A DNA stretch of 64,000 bases from contig JADBKP010000005.1 of NCBI GenBank assembly GCA_014896315.1, forward strand, positions 149,140 to 213,139, read 5' to 3'. The translations under genes were made by a program, and so were the position numbers. This DNA comes from Limnochordales bacterium. Its GTDB lineage: Bacteria > Bacillota > Limnochordia > Limnochordales > DUMU01. Below, piece by piece: positions 19,742-32,295 of the stretch (position 1 is the first letter of the stretch; every line of letters begins with the position of its first letter). Under the pieces are notes generated by a model. That model saw only the letters and a list, made by a program, of their open reading frames with translations. It searched no databases and had not been told where the DNA came from.

Positions 19742-21022
19742 ATGGCAATGTCGGTTACTATTACTACAAGACCGGCGATCCCGGGCGGCGATGCTCATCA
19801 GAGCAGCCAGTACGAGGGCTTCTTCTCATTGGCAGCCAGATCGATGCGCAGTTCCGACATTCGCGACATGTTCGCCCTGACAGAGGCCGGGGATATCATC
19901 TCCTTTGCCGGGGGATTTCCCACGCCCGATGTCTTCCCCGCCGAGAAGGCAGCTGCATTGATGGCAAAGGTCGCTGCCACCAGACCGCAGGCCGCCCTCC
20001 AGTACGGGCCGACCGAAGGGATTGGTGAACTCCGTGCTGCCGTCGCCGATCTGATGGGTCAGCGGGGCGTGCCCGCAACCCCGGGGGAGATTCTGCTGAC
20101 AGCCGGCTCGCAGCAGGCACTCGACCTTGTTGCCCGCACCTTTGCCGATCCTCTGGCGCCGGTGCTGGTCGAGCTACCCGGCTACGTCGGGGGGCTGAAT
20201 GCTATTGCCGCCAACCGGGGCCGTCTGATCGGCTGTCCCACCGATCAGGACGGCATCATTCCCGCCGGTGTCTCCGAGATCATCGAACGCCTGCGCTCCC
20301 AGGGTGAACAACCGCGCTTTCTCTACGTGATCCCCAACTTCAACAACCCGGCCGGAACGCTGCTGCCGCAGGAACGCAGGGAGGCGCTGGTGGAGATCGC
20401 CCGCCGGTACAATCTGTTGATCGTTGAGGACGATGCCTACGGGGAGCTGTACTACGACCGGCGTCCGCCTCTGCCGCTCAGGGCGCTGGCGCCGGAGCGG
20501 GTGATCTACCTTGGCTCGTTCTCCAAAGTCTTCTTCCCGGGTCTGCGGGTGGGCTGGATCAACGGACCCGAACCCCTCCTGCGCAAGCTCGCAGTGGCCA
20601 AACAGGCGGCCGATCTCTGTTCATCCACATTCGGGCAGTATGTGGTCCTCGAATGGCTGCGGGAGGGCAACTGGCAGCAGCATACCAGCTGGCTCCGGGG
20701 GATATACCGCCACCGCCGGGATCTGATGTGGGAGGCGTTGCGCCACTTCTTTCCTGCGGATGCCCGCTACTCCGTGCCGGCAGGCGGGTTCTTCTTCTGG
20801 GTGACCGTGCCAGATTTGCCCTGCTCGACCCGGGAGTTGCTCCCGCAGGCGCTCGCCCACGGCGTTGCCTACGTGGCGGGTACGGGCTTCTGCGTCGACG
20901 GGGGCGGCCAGCAGTCGCTGCGTCTCTCCTTCAGCCAGGTGGAAGAGGCAAAGATCACAGAGGGTATCCGACGCCTCGGCGAGTTCCTGGCAGGAGTGCG
21001 AGAGCGCCCGCCGAAAGGGTAA
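19742..21022 (+). CDS. PLP-dependent aminotransferase class I/II (LysN/ARO8-like subgroup)
   Basis: ISFAGGFP, LQYGPTEG, GSQQALDL, FNNPAG, EDDAY, GSFSKVFFPGLRVG, LRLSF. Confidence 0.92.
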   Translation: MAMSVTITTRPAIPGGDAHQSSQYEGFFSLAARSMRSSDIRDMFALTEAGDIISFAGGFPTPDVFPAEKAAALMAKVAATRPQAALQYGPTEGIGELRAAVADLMGQRGVPATPGEILLTAGSQQALDLVARTFADPLAPVLVELPGYVGGLNAIAANRGRLIGCPTDQDGIIPAGVSEIIERLRSQGEQPRFLYVIPNFNNPAGTLLPQERREALVEIARRYNLLIVEDDAYGELYYDRRPPLPLRALAPERVIYLGSFSKVFFPGLRVGWINGPEPLLRKLAVAKQAADLCSSTFGQYVVLEWLREGNWQQHTSWLRGIYRHRRDLMWEALRHFFPADARYSVPAGGFFFWVTVPDLPCSTRELLPQALAHGVAYVAGTGFCVDGGGQQSLRLSFSQVEEAKITEGIRRLGEFLAGVRERPPKG

Positions 21023-21098
21023 ACGAAGGAGTGTGGACGGCCCCGGAGGCGGTGGGCAGCACCGGCCGGGCCCGAGCAGAGCGAAGGCGGGAGTGGGC

Positions 21099-21518
21099 GT
21101 GACCGGATCGAAGGCTTTGGTGATCTACAGCAGTGAGGGGAACCTCGCTCCGTTGGTCGAGGGGATCAAGCGGGGACTGGAGAAGGGCGGCTGGAATGTG
21201 GAGGTTGTGGCTGCCAGCCGTTCTGACGCGCGCCCGATCCCGGGAGGATATGACCTCGTCTGCGTCGGGAGCCCCAGCTACGGGTTCTGGCGGGGTCGGG
21301 CGGCGGAAGATATCGAACCGACACTCAAACGCTGCCGCAGGCTGGAGGGCGTGTCGGCCGCAGCCTTCGTCACCCCCCGCGCTTTTGCGAGCCAAATGGC
21401 GTTGCGGCAGGTCATGGCCATGCTCGAGCGCGAAGGCGCTTTTGTCCGGGATTTTGCTACCATTGCCAACGTCAAGCAGGCCGAAGAGTTTGGCAACCGG
21501 CTGGCCAGCCTCCGTTAA
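21099..21518 (+). CDS. Flavodoxin-like fold protein
   Basis: ALVIYSSEGNL, YDLVCVGSPSYG, AEEFG end; GTG start inferred. Confidence 0.7.
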   Translation: MTGSKALVIYSSEGNLAPLVEGIKRGLEKGGWNVEVVAASRSDARPIPGGYDLVCVGSPSYGFWRGRAAEDIEPTLKRCRRLEGVSAAAFVTPRAFASQMALRQVMAMLEREGAFVRDFATIANVKQAEEFGNRLASLR

Positions 21519-21538
21519 TCTTTCCGTTCGCCGACGGG

Positions 21539-21567
21539 TTGACAGAGCGGCGCCCCCCGTTTATAGT
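21539..21567 (+). promoter_or_regulatory. SigmaA promoter of the ilv-leu leader
   Basis: TTGACA-N17-TATAGT. Confidence 0.8.
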
Positions 21568-21643
21568 ATTTCTCAACATCAACAGCAGCATCTGATACCA
21601 CTGGAAAACTTGCCGAGTCATTACCAGCAAGACCAGAGAAGAA

Positions 21644-22020
21644 AGGCGACGACGGGGAGTAGTAGCCCGGGAAGGGGTGCAAGAGAGCCGGTGGGTGGTG
21701 CAAACCGGTACTCCCGACCGTGGTGAACTCACCCCTGAGCCTCCAGCTGAAAGCAGCCTGGTGGTGGGTTGCAAGTAGGTGCGGACGGGACTCCGGCAGG
21801 CGGGCCGGAGAATGCGCACCCGTTACAGTGCGGCGGTTTCGGTTTCGGTGACAGAGAGGTCCGGTTCGGGCCGTTTGTGGTTTTCCCGGCCGTCGGTACT
21901 CTTTGACGCCAACCGGAAGCGAGAGCGGTCGCTGCTTGAAAAGAAAAGGGCAGCGGCAAGCGGGGTGGTACCACGCGGGTTTTCCCTTCGTCCCCGATCC
22001 GGGGGCGAAGGTATTTTTTT
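21644..22020 (+). ncRNA. T-box riboswitch, Leu (CUC) specifier
   Basis: AGTA loop E, AGAGA, GGTGCAA, GAA-CTC-A (CTC at 21728-21730), CCGTTA, T-box AAGCGGGGTGGTACCACG at 21958-21975, terminator at 21985-22020. Confidence 0.93.
21985..22020 (+). terminator. T-box attenuator terminator
   Basis: CCTTCGTCCCC / GGGGGCGAAGG hairpin followed by T7. Confidence 0.88.
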
Positions 22021-22062
22021 AACCATTCTAAGTCATTTCGGGCTGCGAGGAGGTTTCTCGAG

Positions 22063-23823
22063 ATGCGGATGAAGGGTGCACAGGCCGTTGTGGCGGCGCT
22101 GGAACGCGAAGGGGTCGAAGTGGTCTTCGGGTATCCGGGAGGGGCGATCCTGGGTGTCTACGACTACCTGTACGATTCGAAGGTTCGCCACATCCTCGTC
22201 CGTCATGAACAGGCTGCAGCCCACATGGCAGACGGTTACGCCCGGGCCACGGGCAAGCCCGGCGTCTGTATTGCTACTTCCGGTCCGGGAGCTACCAACC
22301 TGGTCACGGGTCTGGCCACTGCCCATATGGATTCTATTCCCATTATCGCCATCACTGGGCAGGTGGCGCGGGCGGCCATCGGCCGGGATGCTTTCCAGGA
22401 AGCGGACATTACCGGCATAACGTTGCCCATCACCAAGCACAACTACCTGGTTAAGGATCCGGCGGACCTGCCCCGGATCATCCGAGAGGCCTTTCATATT
22501 GCTACCACCGGCCGTCCTGGTCCGGTCCTGATCGACCTGCCCCGGGACGTTGCCATGGCGGAGATCGACTTTGAGTATCCGGTCGAGGTGGATCTACCCG
22601 GGTACAAGCCAACCTACCACGGGCATCCGCGCCAGATCATGGAGGCGGCCCGGGCGATTGCCGAGGCGAAGCGCCCCGTTCTCTACGTGGGCGGTGGCGT
22701 AATCGCTTCGGGAGCGGCCCGTGAGGTTCGCGAACTGGCGGAACGTTGTAACATACCGACCACCACCACTTTGATGGGGCTGGGAGCTTTTCCCGGTCGG
22801 CACCCGCTCTTCCTCGGTATGCCCGGCATGCACGGAACGGTGGCGGCTAATTTTGCCCTCAACGAGTGCGACCTGCTGATTGCCGTCGGTGTCCGGTTCG
22901 ATGACCGGGTGACCGGCGATGTGCGTACCTTCTCGCCCAAATCCATCAAGATTCACATCGACATCGATCCGGCCGAAATCGGCAAGAACGTAAAGGTGCA
23001 TATCCCCATCGTGGGCGACGCCCGATTGGTGCTGCGGGCGCTGCTTGACCAGGTCGAACCGGCCCTGCACAGCGAATGGCTGGCGCAGATCCAGGCCTGG
23101 AAAGAAGAGTACCCGCTCGGCTATGTGGAAAAGGAGGGGGCACTGATGCCCCAGTTCGTAGTGGAGAAGATCTACGAGGTGACCGGAGGCAACGCCATCG
23201 TCACTACGGACGTGGGCCAGCATCAGATGTGGGCCGCCCAGTACTACCTGTTCGACCAGCCCAGGCAATTCATCAGCTCGGGCGGCCTCGGTACGATGGG
23301 GTTTGGTTTTCCTGCTGCCCTCGGTGCGCAGGTGGGTCGGCCGGATGCAGTGGTCTTCTGTATCAGCGGGGATGGCGGCTTCCAGATGAATATGCAGGAG
23401 CTGGCCACCGCCGTGGAAAACCATCTGCCGGTAAAGGTCTGTGTCCTCAACAACTTCTTCCTCGGCATGGTTCGTCAATGGCAGCAGCTTTTCTATCGCC
23501 AGCGTTACAGCGCCAGCCGGATGGTCAACCCGGATTTTGCCCGGCTGGCGGAGGCGTTTGGGGCTACCGGTATGGTGGTACGCAAGGCGGAAGATGTTGT
23601 TCCCGCCTTGAAGCGGGCAATGGAGGTTGAGGGGCCGGTGGTCATCGACTTCCAGGTCGCTCCCGAAGAGAACGTCTGGCCGTTTATCCCGGCAGGACAG
23701 AGCGTGGCGCAGATGATGGGGCTTGAGGAGCTGAAGAAAGCCAAAGAGAAGCGGGCGGCGCGAGCTGGGCGGGAAGCTGTTACCCTGGCCGAAACCGCTC
23801 CGGGAAGGGAGGGACGGGCATGA
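22063..23823 (+). CDS. ilvB: Acetolactate synthase large subunit
   Basis: [36 protein letters not shown]. Confidence 0.97.
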   Translation: MRMKGAQAVVAALEREGVEVVFGYPGGAILGVYDYLYDSKVRHILVRHEQAAAHMADGYARATGKPGVCIATSGPGATNLVTGLATAHMDSIPIIAITGQVARAAIGRDAFQEADITGITLPITKHNYLVKDPADLPRIIREAFHIATTGRPGPVLIDLPRDVAMAEIDFEYPVEVDLPGYKPTYHGHPRQIMEAARAIAEAKRPVLYVGGGVIASGAAREVRELAERCNIPTTTTLMGLGAFPGRHPLFLGMPGMHGTVAANFALNECDLLIAVGVRFDDRVTGDVRTFSPKSIKIHIDIDPAEIGKNVKVHIPIVGDARLVLRALLDQVEPALHSEWLAQIQAWKEEYPLGYVEKEGALMPQFVVEKIYEVTGGNAIVTTDVGQHQMWAAQYYLFDQPRQFISSGGLGTMGFGFPAALGAQVGRPDAVVFCISGDGGFQMNMQELATAVENHLPVKVCVLNNFFLGMVRQWQQLFYRQRYSASRMVNPDFARLAEAFGATGMVVRKAEDVVPALKRAMEVEGPVVIDFQVAPEENVWPFIPAGQSVAQMMGLEELKKAKEKRAARAGREAVTLAETAPGREGRA

Positions 23824-24317
23824 AACACACCCTGGCGGTGCTGGTGCAGAACAAGGCAGGGGTTCTGGCACGGGTGGCCGGGCTTTTCAGCCGCCGCGGG
23901 TTCAATATTGAAAGTATTTCGGTGGGGCCGAGCGAGCTGCCCGGGGTCGCTCGCATGACGCTGGTGGCGCAGGCGGACCATGACGAACTGGAACAGTTGA
24001 CCAAACAGCTTCACAAGCTCATAGATGTGCTCAAAATCAGCGACGTCACCAATGATCCGGTGGTTGACCGAGAACTGGCCCTGATAAAGGTGAACGCCGA
24101 CGCCAGTTCACGGGCGGAGATCCTGCAGGTGGTTGACATCTTCCGCGGCAAGGTCGTGGATGTGAGTGAACGGTCGGTGATCGTGGAGATCACGGGTGAT
24201 ACCGACAAGGTAGAGGCCATGATCCAGCTTTTGCGTCCCTATGGCATCAGGGAGCTGGTGCGTACCGGCAAGGTCACCATGGTGCGGGGGACAAGGACGG
24301 TGCAAGCGTCAGGTTGA
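23820..24317 (+). CDS. ilvN: Acetolactate synthase small subunit
   Basis: [23 protein letters not shown] domain, ELVRTG. Confidence 0.97.
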   Translation: MKHTLAVLVQNKAGVLARVAGLFSRRGFNIESISVGPSELPGVARMTLVAQADHDELEQLTKQLHKLIDVLKISDVTNDPVVDRELALIKVNADASSRAEILQVVDIFRGKVVDVSERSVIVEITGDTDKVEAMIQLLRPYGIRELVRTGKVTMVRGTRTVQASG

Positions 24318-24427
24318 AGTCGGGGCCACCCGGTGGCCTGGCTTTTTGGGTTGCCGGGCCGGTAGAGTCCGAACCAAACGTGATCAACGCCGCAAACGGC
24401 GAAAAAACTGCTTTGCCAAGGGAGTGA

Positions 24428-25489
<1,062 letters not shown>

Positions 25490-25568
25490 GGGCAGTCCAG
25501 ATGTGAGGCAAGAACCTGATCGAAGCAATCCATTCGATTTCGATAAGGAAAGAAGAGGGAAGCAGAAG

Positions 25569-27200
25569 ATGGAGTTGGCAGTGTTGGTCAGCGATCCCCT
25601 GTCGGAGGAAGGGTTGGCCGTATTGCGCCGTGATCCGCGCATACGTGTCGACGTGAGGACGGGGCTCTCGCCGGAGCAGCTGCTCCAGGTGATCGGCGAG
25701 TATGACGGCCTGATCGTCCGCAGCCAGACCAGGGTGACGGAAGAGGTTCTGGAAGCCGGCAAGCGGCTCAAGATCGTGGGCCGGGCGGGTGTGGGGGTTG
25801 ACAACATCGACGTGCCCGCAGCCACCCGCCGGGGGATCCTGGTGGTCAACGCTCCCGAGGGCAACACCATTGCGGCGGCCGAGCTGACTTTTGCCCTGCT
25901 CCTCGCCGTGGCCCGCCATGTGCCCCAGGCCTACGTTAGCCTGGTCAAGGAGAAGAAGTGGGACCGTCACTCTTTCATGGGCGTTCAGCTGCAGGGCAAA
26001 GTCCTGGGAATCCTGGGCCTGGGCCGGATAGGAACTGCTGTGGCCAGGAGGGCGCAGGCCTTTGAGATGAGGGTGCTGGCCTACGATCCGTTTGTGTCGG
26101 CCGAACGGGCAAGTGAGCTCGGCATTGATCTTGTTGATGTCGATACCATCTGTCGTGAGGCGGACTTCATTACGGTTCATACGCCCCTTACCCCCCAGAC
26201 GCGGGGGCTGATCAACCGGGAACGCATCCAGATGATGAAACCGACCGTGCGGCTCATCAACTGTGCCCGGGGCGGCATCATCGACGAAGAGGCGCTGGCA
26301 GAGGCGCTCGCCTCCGGACGGATCGCCGGAGCCGCGCTGGACGTCTTTAGCAAAGAGCCGGCCACCGACAATCCGCTGCTGGATCTGCCCAATGTGGTGG
26401 CCACCCCGCACCTTGGAGCTTCTACCCGGGAAGCCCAGGTCAATGTGGCCATTGATGTGGCCGAAGACTTCCTTCGCTTTGTCAAGGGCGAACCGGTTCG
26501 CAACCCGGTCAACGCCCCGGCCCTCCGACCCGAGGTGGCGGCGGTCCTTGAACCCTATCGCCAGCTGGCGCAGCGGCTGGGGCGGCTTTATGCCACTGTC
26601 GTGGGCAAGGCATACCCGGGCATCCAGGTGGTCTACCGCGGCCCGATCACCCGCTACGACCTGCGGCCGCTGACGTGTGCCGTGCTGGCCGGCATGCTTG
26701 AACCCTTCCTGCATGAGGAGGTAAACCTGGTCAACGCGCCGGTCCTGGCTGAGGAACGGGGGATCAGGCTGGCTGAGGTACGGGAAGGAGATGGGCGAAT
26801 CGCCGGTGCTGCCGAGGGCGGAGAGAACGGTTCGACCATAACCATCCGGGTGCAGGTCGACGGTCAGGTGCGCAGTGTTGGCGGGACGGTGACGACGGCC
26901 GTTCCGTCCGGTAATCCGGTTCCCCGACTCATCGAGATCGACGGTTACCGGGTCGATATCGTCTCTTCCGGTTATCTCTTGCTCTCCTACCACATCGACC
27001 AGCCCGGCATCATCGGTCAGGTCGGCACGATCCTGGGCCGGCACAACATCAACATCGCCTACATGCAGGTGGGGCGGAAGGCGAGCCGGGGTGGCCGGGC
27101 GGTGATGGCGATGGGGATCGACGATCCCGTGCCGCCGGAAGTGCTGCAGGAGATCAGCCGTGTACCGGGATTGGAGGCGACCTATCTGACCGAGTGGTAG
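25569..27200 (+). CDS. serA: D-3-phosphoglycerate dehydrogenase (type I, ASB + ACT)
   Basis: GRAGVGVDNID, GLGRIG, NCARGG, TPHLGAST, C-terminal DQPGIIG...NINIA. Confidence 0.95.
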   Translation: MELAVLVSDPLSEEGLAVLRRDPRIRVDVRTGLSPEQLLQVIGEYDGLIVRSQTRVTEEVLEAGKRLKIVGRAGVGVDNIDVPAATRRGILVVNAPEGNTIAAAELTFALLLAVARHVPQAYVSLVKEKKWDRHSFMGVQLQGKVLGILGLGRIGTAVARRAQAFEMRVLAYDPFVSAERASELGIDLVDVDTICREADFITVHTPLTPQTRGLINRERIQMMKPTVRLINCARGGIIDEEALAEALASGRIAGAALDVFSKEPATDNPLLDLPNVVATPHLGASTREAQVNVAIDVAEDFLRFVKGEPVRNPVNAPALRPEVAAVLEPYRQLAQRLGRLYATVVGKAYPGIQVVYRGPITRYDLRPLTCAVLAGMLEPFLHEEVNLVNAPVLAEERGIRLAEVREGDGRIAGAAEGGENGSTITIRVQVDGQVRSVGGTVTTAVPSGNPVPRLIEIDGYRVDIVSSGYLLLSYHIDQPGIIGQVGTILGRHNINIAYMQVGRKASRGGRAVMAMGIDDPVPPEVLQEISRVPGLEATYLTEW

Positions 27201-27292
27201 GCAGTAGGGTCGATGCAGTACGGTCGGTACGGTCGTGCACTGCCCCGGTGTGGGGCGTGGCAGATCTGCCACGGCGGGAATGAGGAGTGGTG

Positions 27293-28897
27293 ATGATGGC
27301 ACGACGAATTGAGATATTCGATACGACGCTGCGGGATGGTGAACAGTCTCCGGGTGTCTCTCTCAACGTGCAGGAGAAGCTGGAGATTGCGCGGCAGCTG
27401 GCTCGTCTTGGGGTAGACGTGATCGAAGCGGGCTTCCCGGTCGCCTCTCCCGGCGATTTCGCCGCAGTGGAGGCTATTGCGAAAGAGGTACGGGGGCCGG
27501 TGATCGCTGCTCTCGCCCGGGCGGTCCCCGGGGATATCGAGAAGGCGGCAGCCGCTTTACGTCCGGCCGCCCGACCCCGCATCCATACTTTTATTGCCAC
27601 CTCTCCCATTCACATGCAGTTCAAACTGCGTAAAAGCCCGGAAGAGGTGCTGGAGCTGGCCGCTGCTGCCGTCCGGCTCGCCCGTCAGTATGTGGATGAC
27701 GTCGAGTTCTCGGCGGAGGACGCTACCCGCAGCGATCCGGAGTTCCTTGCTCGCGTCTTTGCCGCAGCGATCGAGGCGGGAGCGACGGTTCTCAACGTGC
27801 CTGATACCGTTGGTTACACCACCCCGGGCGAATTTGCCCGCCTCATCCGCTACCTGCGGGAGAACGTGCCGGGGATCGAGCGGGTGAAGCTGAGTGTTCA
27901 CTGTCACGACGACCTCGGGTTGGCAGTGGCCAATAGCCTCGCCGGGATTGAAGCGGGGGTCACGCAGGTCGAATGCACCATAAACGGTATCGGTGAACGG
28001 GCCGGCAATGCCGCTCTTGAGGAGATCGTGATGGCGCTGCGCACCCGGGCAGACGTATACGGGTGCGAGACGGGGATCGTTACGCAGGAGATCTACCGGA
28101 CGAGCCGCCTGGTCTCCAGTTTGACCGGCATGCTGGTGCAGCCGAATAAGGCGATAGTTGGTGAAAATGCGTTTGCCCATGAGGCGGGCATCCATGCCGA
28201 CGGCGTTCTGAAGGAACGGTCCACTTACGAGATCATGACGCCCGAATCGATCGGGTTGAAACAGAGCCGGCTGGTGCTGGGCAAGCATTCGGGCCGGCAT
28301 GCCTTCCGCGCCCGCTTGCGGGAGTTGGGTTACGAGCTGAGCGATCAGGAGCTGCAACAGGCCTACGAGCGCTTCATTGAACTGGCCGATCGCAAGAAGA
28401 CCGTCACCGACAGGGATATTGAGGCGCTGGTGGCCGGGGCGGAAAGCCGGGCCAACATTCCGGAAGAGTATGCCCTCGAGTACCTGTCGGTGGTTTCGGG
28501 TACGGGCGGCCTCGCCACCGCTACGGTGCGGCTGCGCCGGGGCGGCGAGGTGTTTACGGAGGCCGCCTGCGGTGACGGGCCGGTAGATGCCTGTTACCGG
28601 GCGATCGACCGCATCACCGGTATCCACGTGGAGCTTGACAGCTACCAGCTGCAGGCGGTGACGGGCGGTAAGGACGCAGCCGGGGAGGTAACGGTCCGGC
28701 TCAAGGATGACGGCCACGTCTTCATCGGCCGGGGGTTGAGCACGGATGTGATCGAAGCCAGCGCCCGGGCGTACCTGCATGCGTTCAACAAAATGCTGGC
28801 AGCACGCCGGGACGCGGCCGGTACCTCTGCAGCTTCTGCCACCGGAACAGGTGCTGCTGGTGGTGCTGCTGCACCGGCTGCCGGGGTTGATGGTTGA
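27293..28897 (+). CDS. leuA: 2-isopropylmalate synthase
   Basis: [40 protein letters not shown], regulatory domain. Confidence 0.97.
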   Translation: MMARRIEIFDTTLRDGEQSPGVSLNVQEKLEIARQLARLGVDVIEAGFPVASPGDFAAVEAIAKEVRGPVIAALARAVPGDIEKAAAALRPAARPRIHTFIATSPIHMQFKLRKSPEEVLELAAAAVRLARQYVDDVEFSAEDATRSDPEFLARVFAAAIEAGATVLNVPDTVGYTTPGEFARLIRYLRENVPGIERVKLSVHCHDDLGLAVANSLAGIEAGVTQVECTINGIGERAGNAALEEIVMALRTRADVYGCETGIVTQEIYRTSRLVSSLTGMLVQPNKAIVGENAFAHEAGIHADGVLKERSTYEIMTPESIGLKQSRLVLGKHSGRHAFRARLRELGYELSDQELQQAYERFIELADRKKTVTDRDIEALVAGAESRANIPEEYALEYLSVVSGTGGLATATVRLRRGGEVFTEAACGDGPVDACYRAIDRITGIHVELDSYQLQAVTGGKDAAGEVTVRLKDDGHVFIGRGLSTDVIEASARAYLHAFNKMLAARRDAAGTSAASATGTGAAGGAAAPAAGVDG

Positions 28898-28952
28898 GGC
28901 TTGATGGTTGCGGCTTGAGGCTTGGGGCCTGAGCCTGAGGCCTGAGGCTTTC
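28893..28952 (+). repeat. Degenerate ~7-bp tandem repeat (TGAGGCY) in the leuA-leuB spacer
   Basis: ggttgaggcttgatggttgcggcttgaggcttggggcctgagcctgaggcctgaggctt. Confidence 0.6.
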
Positions 28953-28985
28953 AGGTCGAAGTGCGAGGAAGGGAAACGAGCGCTG

Positions 28986-30107
28986 ATGGAGAGACCAAAC
29001 GAGAAACCTCACAGAATCCTTCTCCTTCCGGGCGATGGCATCGGGCCGGAGGTGATCCGTGAGGCCCGGAAGGTGATGGAGGCAGCTGCGGGCCGATTCG
29101 GGCTTGAGCTGCAGTTTGAAGAAGGTCTGATCGGCGGTGCGGCCCTGGATGCGACCGGCACTCCTTTGCCTGACGAAGTACTGGAGTCAGCGTTAGCCGC
29201 GGACGCGGTGCTTATGGGTGCGGTGGGGGGTCCCAGGTGGGATAACCTTCCACCCAACCTGCGGCCGGAAACGGGGCTTTTGCGGATTCGCAAGGAGATG
29301 CAGGTTTATGCCAATCTCCGTCCGGTGCGGGTCTTCCCCGCTCTGGCCACCGCCTCGTCTCTGCGACCTGAAGTGGTAGCCGGGGTAGACATCCTGATCC
29401 TGCGGGAGTTGACCGGCGGCTTATACTTCGGGCAGCCGAAGGGGCGCTTTGCGGCCGGTGAGGAGGAGGGCGGCGAACGAGCCGTCGATACGCTGGCCTA
29501 CTCCCGCCGCGAGGTGGAACGGATCGTCCGGATGGGTTTCGAATTCGCCCGCCGGCGGCGTCGCAAGCTCACATCGGTCGATAAGGCCAATATCCTGGCT
29601 ACGTCACAGATGTGGCGGGACGTGGTGAACGAGGTGGCCAGCGAGTATCCTGACGTGGAACTGAATCACCTCTACGTGGACAACTGCGCGATGCAACTGA
29701 TTCGCAACCCGCGCCAGTTTGACGTGTTGGTGACTGAGAACATGTTCGGCGACATCTTAAGCGACGAGGCGGCTGAGCTCTCGGGCTCGCTTGGCATGCT
29801 GCCCTCAGCATCTTTAGGCGACCCGGGTCGCCCCGGGCTGTATGAACCGGTACACGGGTCGGCGCCGGACATCGCCGGGCAGGGCAAGGCCAACCCGCTG
29901 GCCGCGATCCTGACAGCGGCCCTGCTTTTCCGCTATAGCCTCCACGCGGAGGAGGCCGGAGCGGCGGTGGAACGGGCGGTGGAACGGGTGCTCGCGGCCG
30001 GAGCAAGGACGGCGGACCTGGCCCGCGAGGGAGAACCGGTGCTGACCACGGCCGAGATGGGAGACAGGGTGATGGAAGCGCTGCTCGCAGAGGAGGGCAA
30101 CGCGTGA
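28986..30107 (+). CDS. leuB: 3-isopropylmalate dehydrogenase
   Basis: [47 protein letters not shown]. Confidence 0.97.
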   Translation: MERPNEKPHRILLLPGDGIGPEVIREARKVMEAAAGRFGLELQFEEGLIGGAALDATGTPLPDEVLESALAADAVLMGAVGGPRWDNLPPNLRPETGLLRIRKEMQVYANLRPVRVFPALATASSLRPEVVAGVDILILRELTGGLYFGQPKGRFAAGEEEGGERAVDTLAYSRREVERIVRMGFEFARRRRRKLTSVDKANILATSQMWRDVVNEVASEYPDVELNHLYVDNCAMQLIRNPRQFDVLVTENMFGDILSDEAAELSGSLGMLPSASLGDPGRPGLYEPVHGSAPDIAGQGKANPLAAILTAALLFRYSLHAEEAGAAVERAVERVLAAGARTADLAREGEPVLTTAEMGDRVMEALLAEEGNA

Positions 30108-31828
30108 GCGGGAAGGAGACGGTTCACATGTGTCAGCCGAAGCCCGGTGCGCAAGGGCCAGAGGTTGTGCACCCGTCCATCGAGATCTACGATACGACCC
30201 TCCGCGATGGCGCGCAGCGGGAAGGAATCTCATTCTCAGTCGAAGATAAGCGACGGATCCTGCTGCGGCTGGACGAACTGGGGATTGCTTTTGTCGAGGG
30301 CGGCTGGCCCGGTTCAAATCCCAAAGACGTGGAGTTCTTTGCGCTGGCCCGCAAGTTGACGCTCAAGCAGACTCGTCTTGCGGCCTTCGGCAGCACCCGC
30401 CGGCCCCAGACACGGGCGGAAAACGACCGCAACCTCCAGTTGCTGCTCGAGGCAGAGACACCGGTGGTGACCATCTTCGGCAAGTCGTGGGACCTGCATG
30501 TGACCGAAGCGCTCCGCACGACGCTGGATGAGAACCTGCGAATGATCGAGGAGTCGGTTGCTTTCCTCGCCGGCAGAGGGCGCGAGGTCATCTACGATGC
30601 GGAGCACTTCTTCGACGGTTTCCGCAAGAACCCCGAGTATGCCCTCAAGACCCTGCAGGCGGCGGTACGGGGCGGGGCAAGCCGGATCGTACTTTGTGAT
30701 ACCAACGGCGGTTCACTGCCGGAGCAGATACGGGAGGCGGTGCTGGCGGTTCGCCGGGCGCTGGGTGATGGCATCCCCCTCGGTATCCACTGCCACAACG
30801 ACGGGGGGTTGGGAGTGGCCAACTCGCTGGCAGCGGTGGCCGCCGGGTGTACGCACGTCCAGGGCACTATCAACGGGTTGGGTGAGCGATGCGGCAACGC
30901 CGACCTCTGCCAGGTGATTCCTAACCTCCAGTTGAAGCTCGGCTACCGCTGCCTGCCGGAGGAGGCGATCCGGACCCTCACTGAGGTCTCCCGGTTTGTC
31001 GACGAGATTGCCAACCTCAATCCCGATCCGCACCGGCCTTTCGTAGGTGCCAGCGCCTTTGCTCACAAGGGAGGCATCCACGTCAGCGCGGTGCTGCGCG
31101 ATCCATCCACCTATGAACACATTTCGCCCGAACAGGTGGGCAACCGCCGCAAGGTCCTGGTGTCGGAGCTGGCCGGCAAGAGCAACGTGCTGTACAAGGC
31201 CCGGGAGCTAGGGGTGATCGGGGCCAAAGCGGGCACTGGGGCCAGGTCCGAGACTGAACCGGAGGCAGAGATCGATCCGGCCCGGTTGCAGCAGGTGTTG
31301 TCCCAGATCAAAGAGCTGGAGTATGCCGGTTACCAGTTTGAGGGCGCAGAGGGTTCGTTTGAGTTGTTGTTGCACCGGGCACTGGGAAACTATCGTCCCT
31401 TCTTCGAGCTGATCGGATTCCGGCTGGTGATCGAAAAGCGTTCACCGATGGAGGAACCGCTGTCGGAAGCCACCATCAAGGTGCGAGTCGGCGACAGGGT
31501 GCTGCACACGGCTGCCGACGGTGACGGTCCGGTCAACGCCCTGGATAACGCTTTGCGCAAGGCGCTGGAGGAGGTCTACCCGGAGCTTGCCCGTTTCAAG
31601 CTGACCGACTACAAGGTACGGGTCCTGGACGAGAAGAAGGGTACAGCGGCGACGGTGCGGGTGTTGATCGAATCGGCCGACAACGGCCGTCGCTGGGGCA
31701 CTGTTGGTGTCTCCAGCAATATCATCGAGGCGAGCTGGCAGGCGCTGGTCGACAGCATAGAGTACGGTTTGCTTAAGAGCACCACCGCCGAGCCGCGACA
31801 GGAGGCGGATCGGCAGCGGCCGAGTTAA
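30104..31828 (+). CDS. cimA: Citramalate synthase
   Basis: [50 protein letters not shown]. Confidence 0.92.
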   Translation: MSGKETVHMCQPKPGAQGPEVVHPSIEIYDTTLRDGAQREGISFSVEDKRRILLRLDELGIAFVEGGWPGSNPKDVEFFALARKLTLKQTRLAAFGSTRRPQTRAENDRNLQLLLEAETPVVTIFGKSWDLHVTEALRTTLDENLRMIEESVAFLAGRGREVIYDAEHFFDGFRKNPEYALKTLQAAVRGGASRIVLCDTNGGSLPEQIREAVLAVRRALGDGIPLGIHCHNDGGLGVANSLAAVAAGCTHVQGTINGLGERCGNADLCQVIPNLQLKLGYRCLPEEAIRTLTEVSRFVDEIANLNPDPHRPFVGASAFAHKGGIHVSAVLRDPSTYEHISPEQVGNRRKVLVSELAGKSNVLYKARELGVIGAKAGTGARSETEPEAEIDPARLQQVLSQIKELEYAGYQFEGAEGSFELLLHRALGNYRPFFELIGFRLVIEKRSPMEEPLSEATIKVRVGDRVLHTAADGDGPVNALDNALRKALEEVYPELARFKLTDYKVRVLDEKKGTAATVRVLIESADNGRRWGTVGVSSNIIEASWQALVDSIEYGLLKSTTAEPRQEADRQRPS

Positions 31829-31861
31829 CCGGCGGCTACGGCAAACGCGCAGCGCTCTTTG

Positions 31862-31999
31862 CGCTTTAGTTGTCTCCACGGTGCAATAGATGATCGCGCT
31901 TGAGCAGGCGGCGCGAGGAATGTTGGCGAATAGCCAGTTGTTGCGTCCGATGACATACGGCTTGATTGACCGTTCGCTGCGGTTGTTGTCCAGTTCCGA
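31862..31999 (-). pseudogene. IS66-family transposase (TnpC) C-terminal fragment
   Basis: Minus-strand translation SELDNNRSERSIKPYVIGRNNWLFANIPRAACSSAIIYCTVETTKA matches the IS66 DNNxxERxxxPxxxGRKNWLF motif; not in the ORF track. Confidence 0.85.
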
Positions 32000-32295
32000 C
32001 TAGCGGTGACCGCTGCTTAACCCACCCGGTGACCCGGGCTGCCAGTCATGGTCAGTAACAGGCCCCGAACGCCTTGGGCTTAAGTTCCGCCTCCGCCAGG
32101 GTCGAGGCAGAGACGATCTAGCGGCGTTTGACCTCGGCGACCCCGCGCTAGCGGCCCGGCAGTTACTCCAGTGCATCGAGCAGGTTGTGATTCTAACAAA
32201 GCTGTCATGTGTCCGCTAGCGTTTCCTTGGCGGAGGTTTTCTCGAATTTCATGGCCGCCTAGACGTGGAGGCCGCAGGCTGCCGCCGCCCCCGCG

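Noticed and set aside
21594-21612. Possible CodY box upstream of the Leu T-box
   Set aside because: Too many mismatches to AATTTTCWGAAAATT.
24319-24350. Terminator-like hairpin with a T-run between ilvN and ilvC
   Set aside because: Only a 6-bp core stem inside an apparent operon; not convincing without transcript data.
28893-28952. CRISPR-like array
   Set aside because: Units are about 7 bp and contiguous, with no spacers and no cas genes. The same applies to the 10-bp repeat at 34814-34841.
32001-32295. Possible gene fragment (LAAFDLGDPALAARQLLQCIEQ) between the IS relics
   Set aside because: Too short and non-specific to assign.
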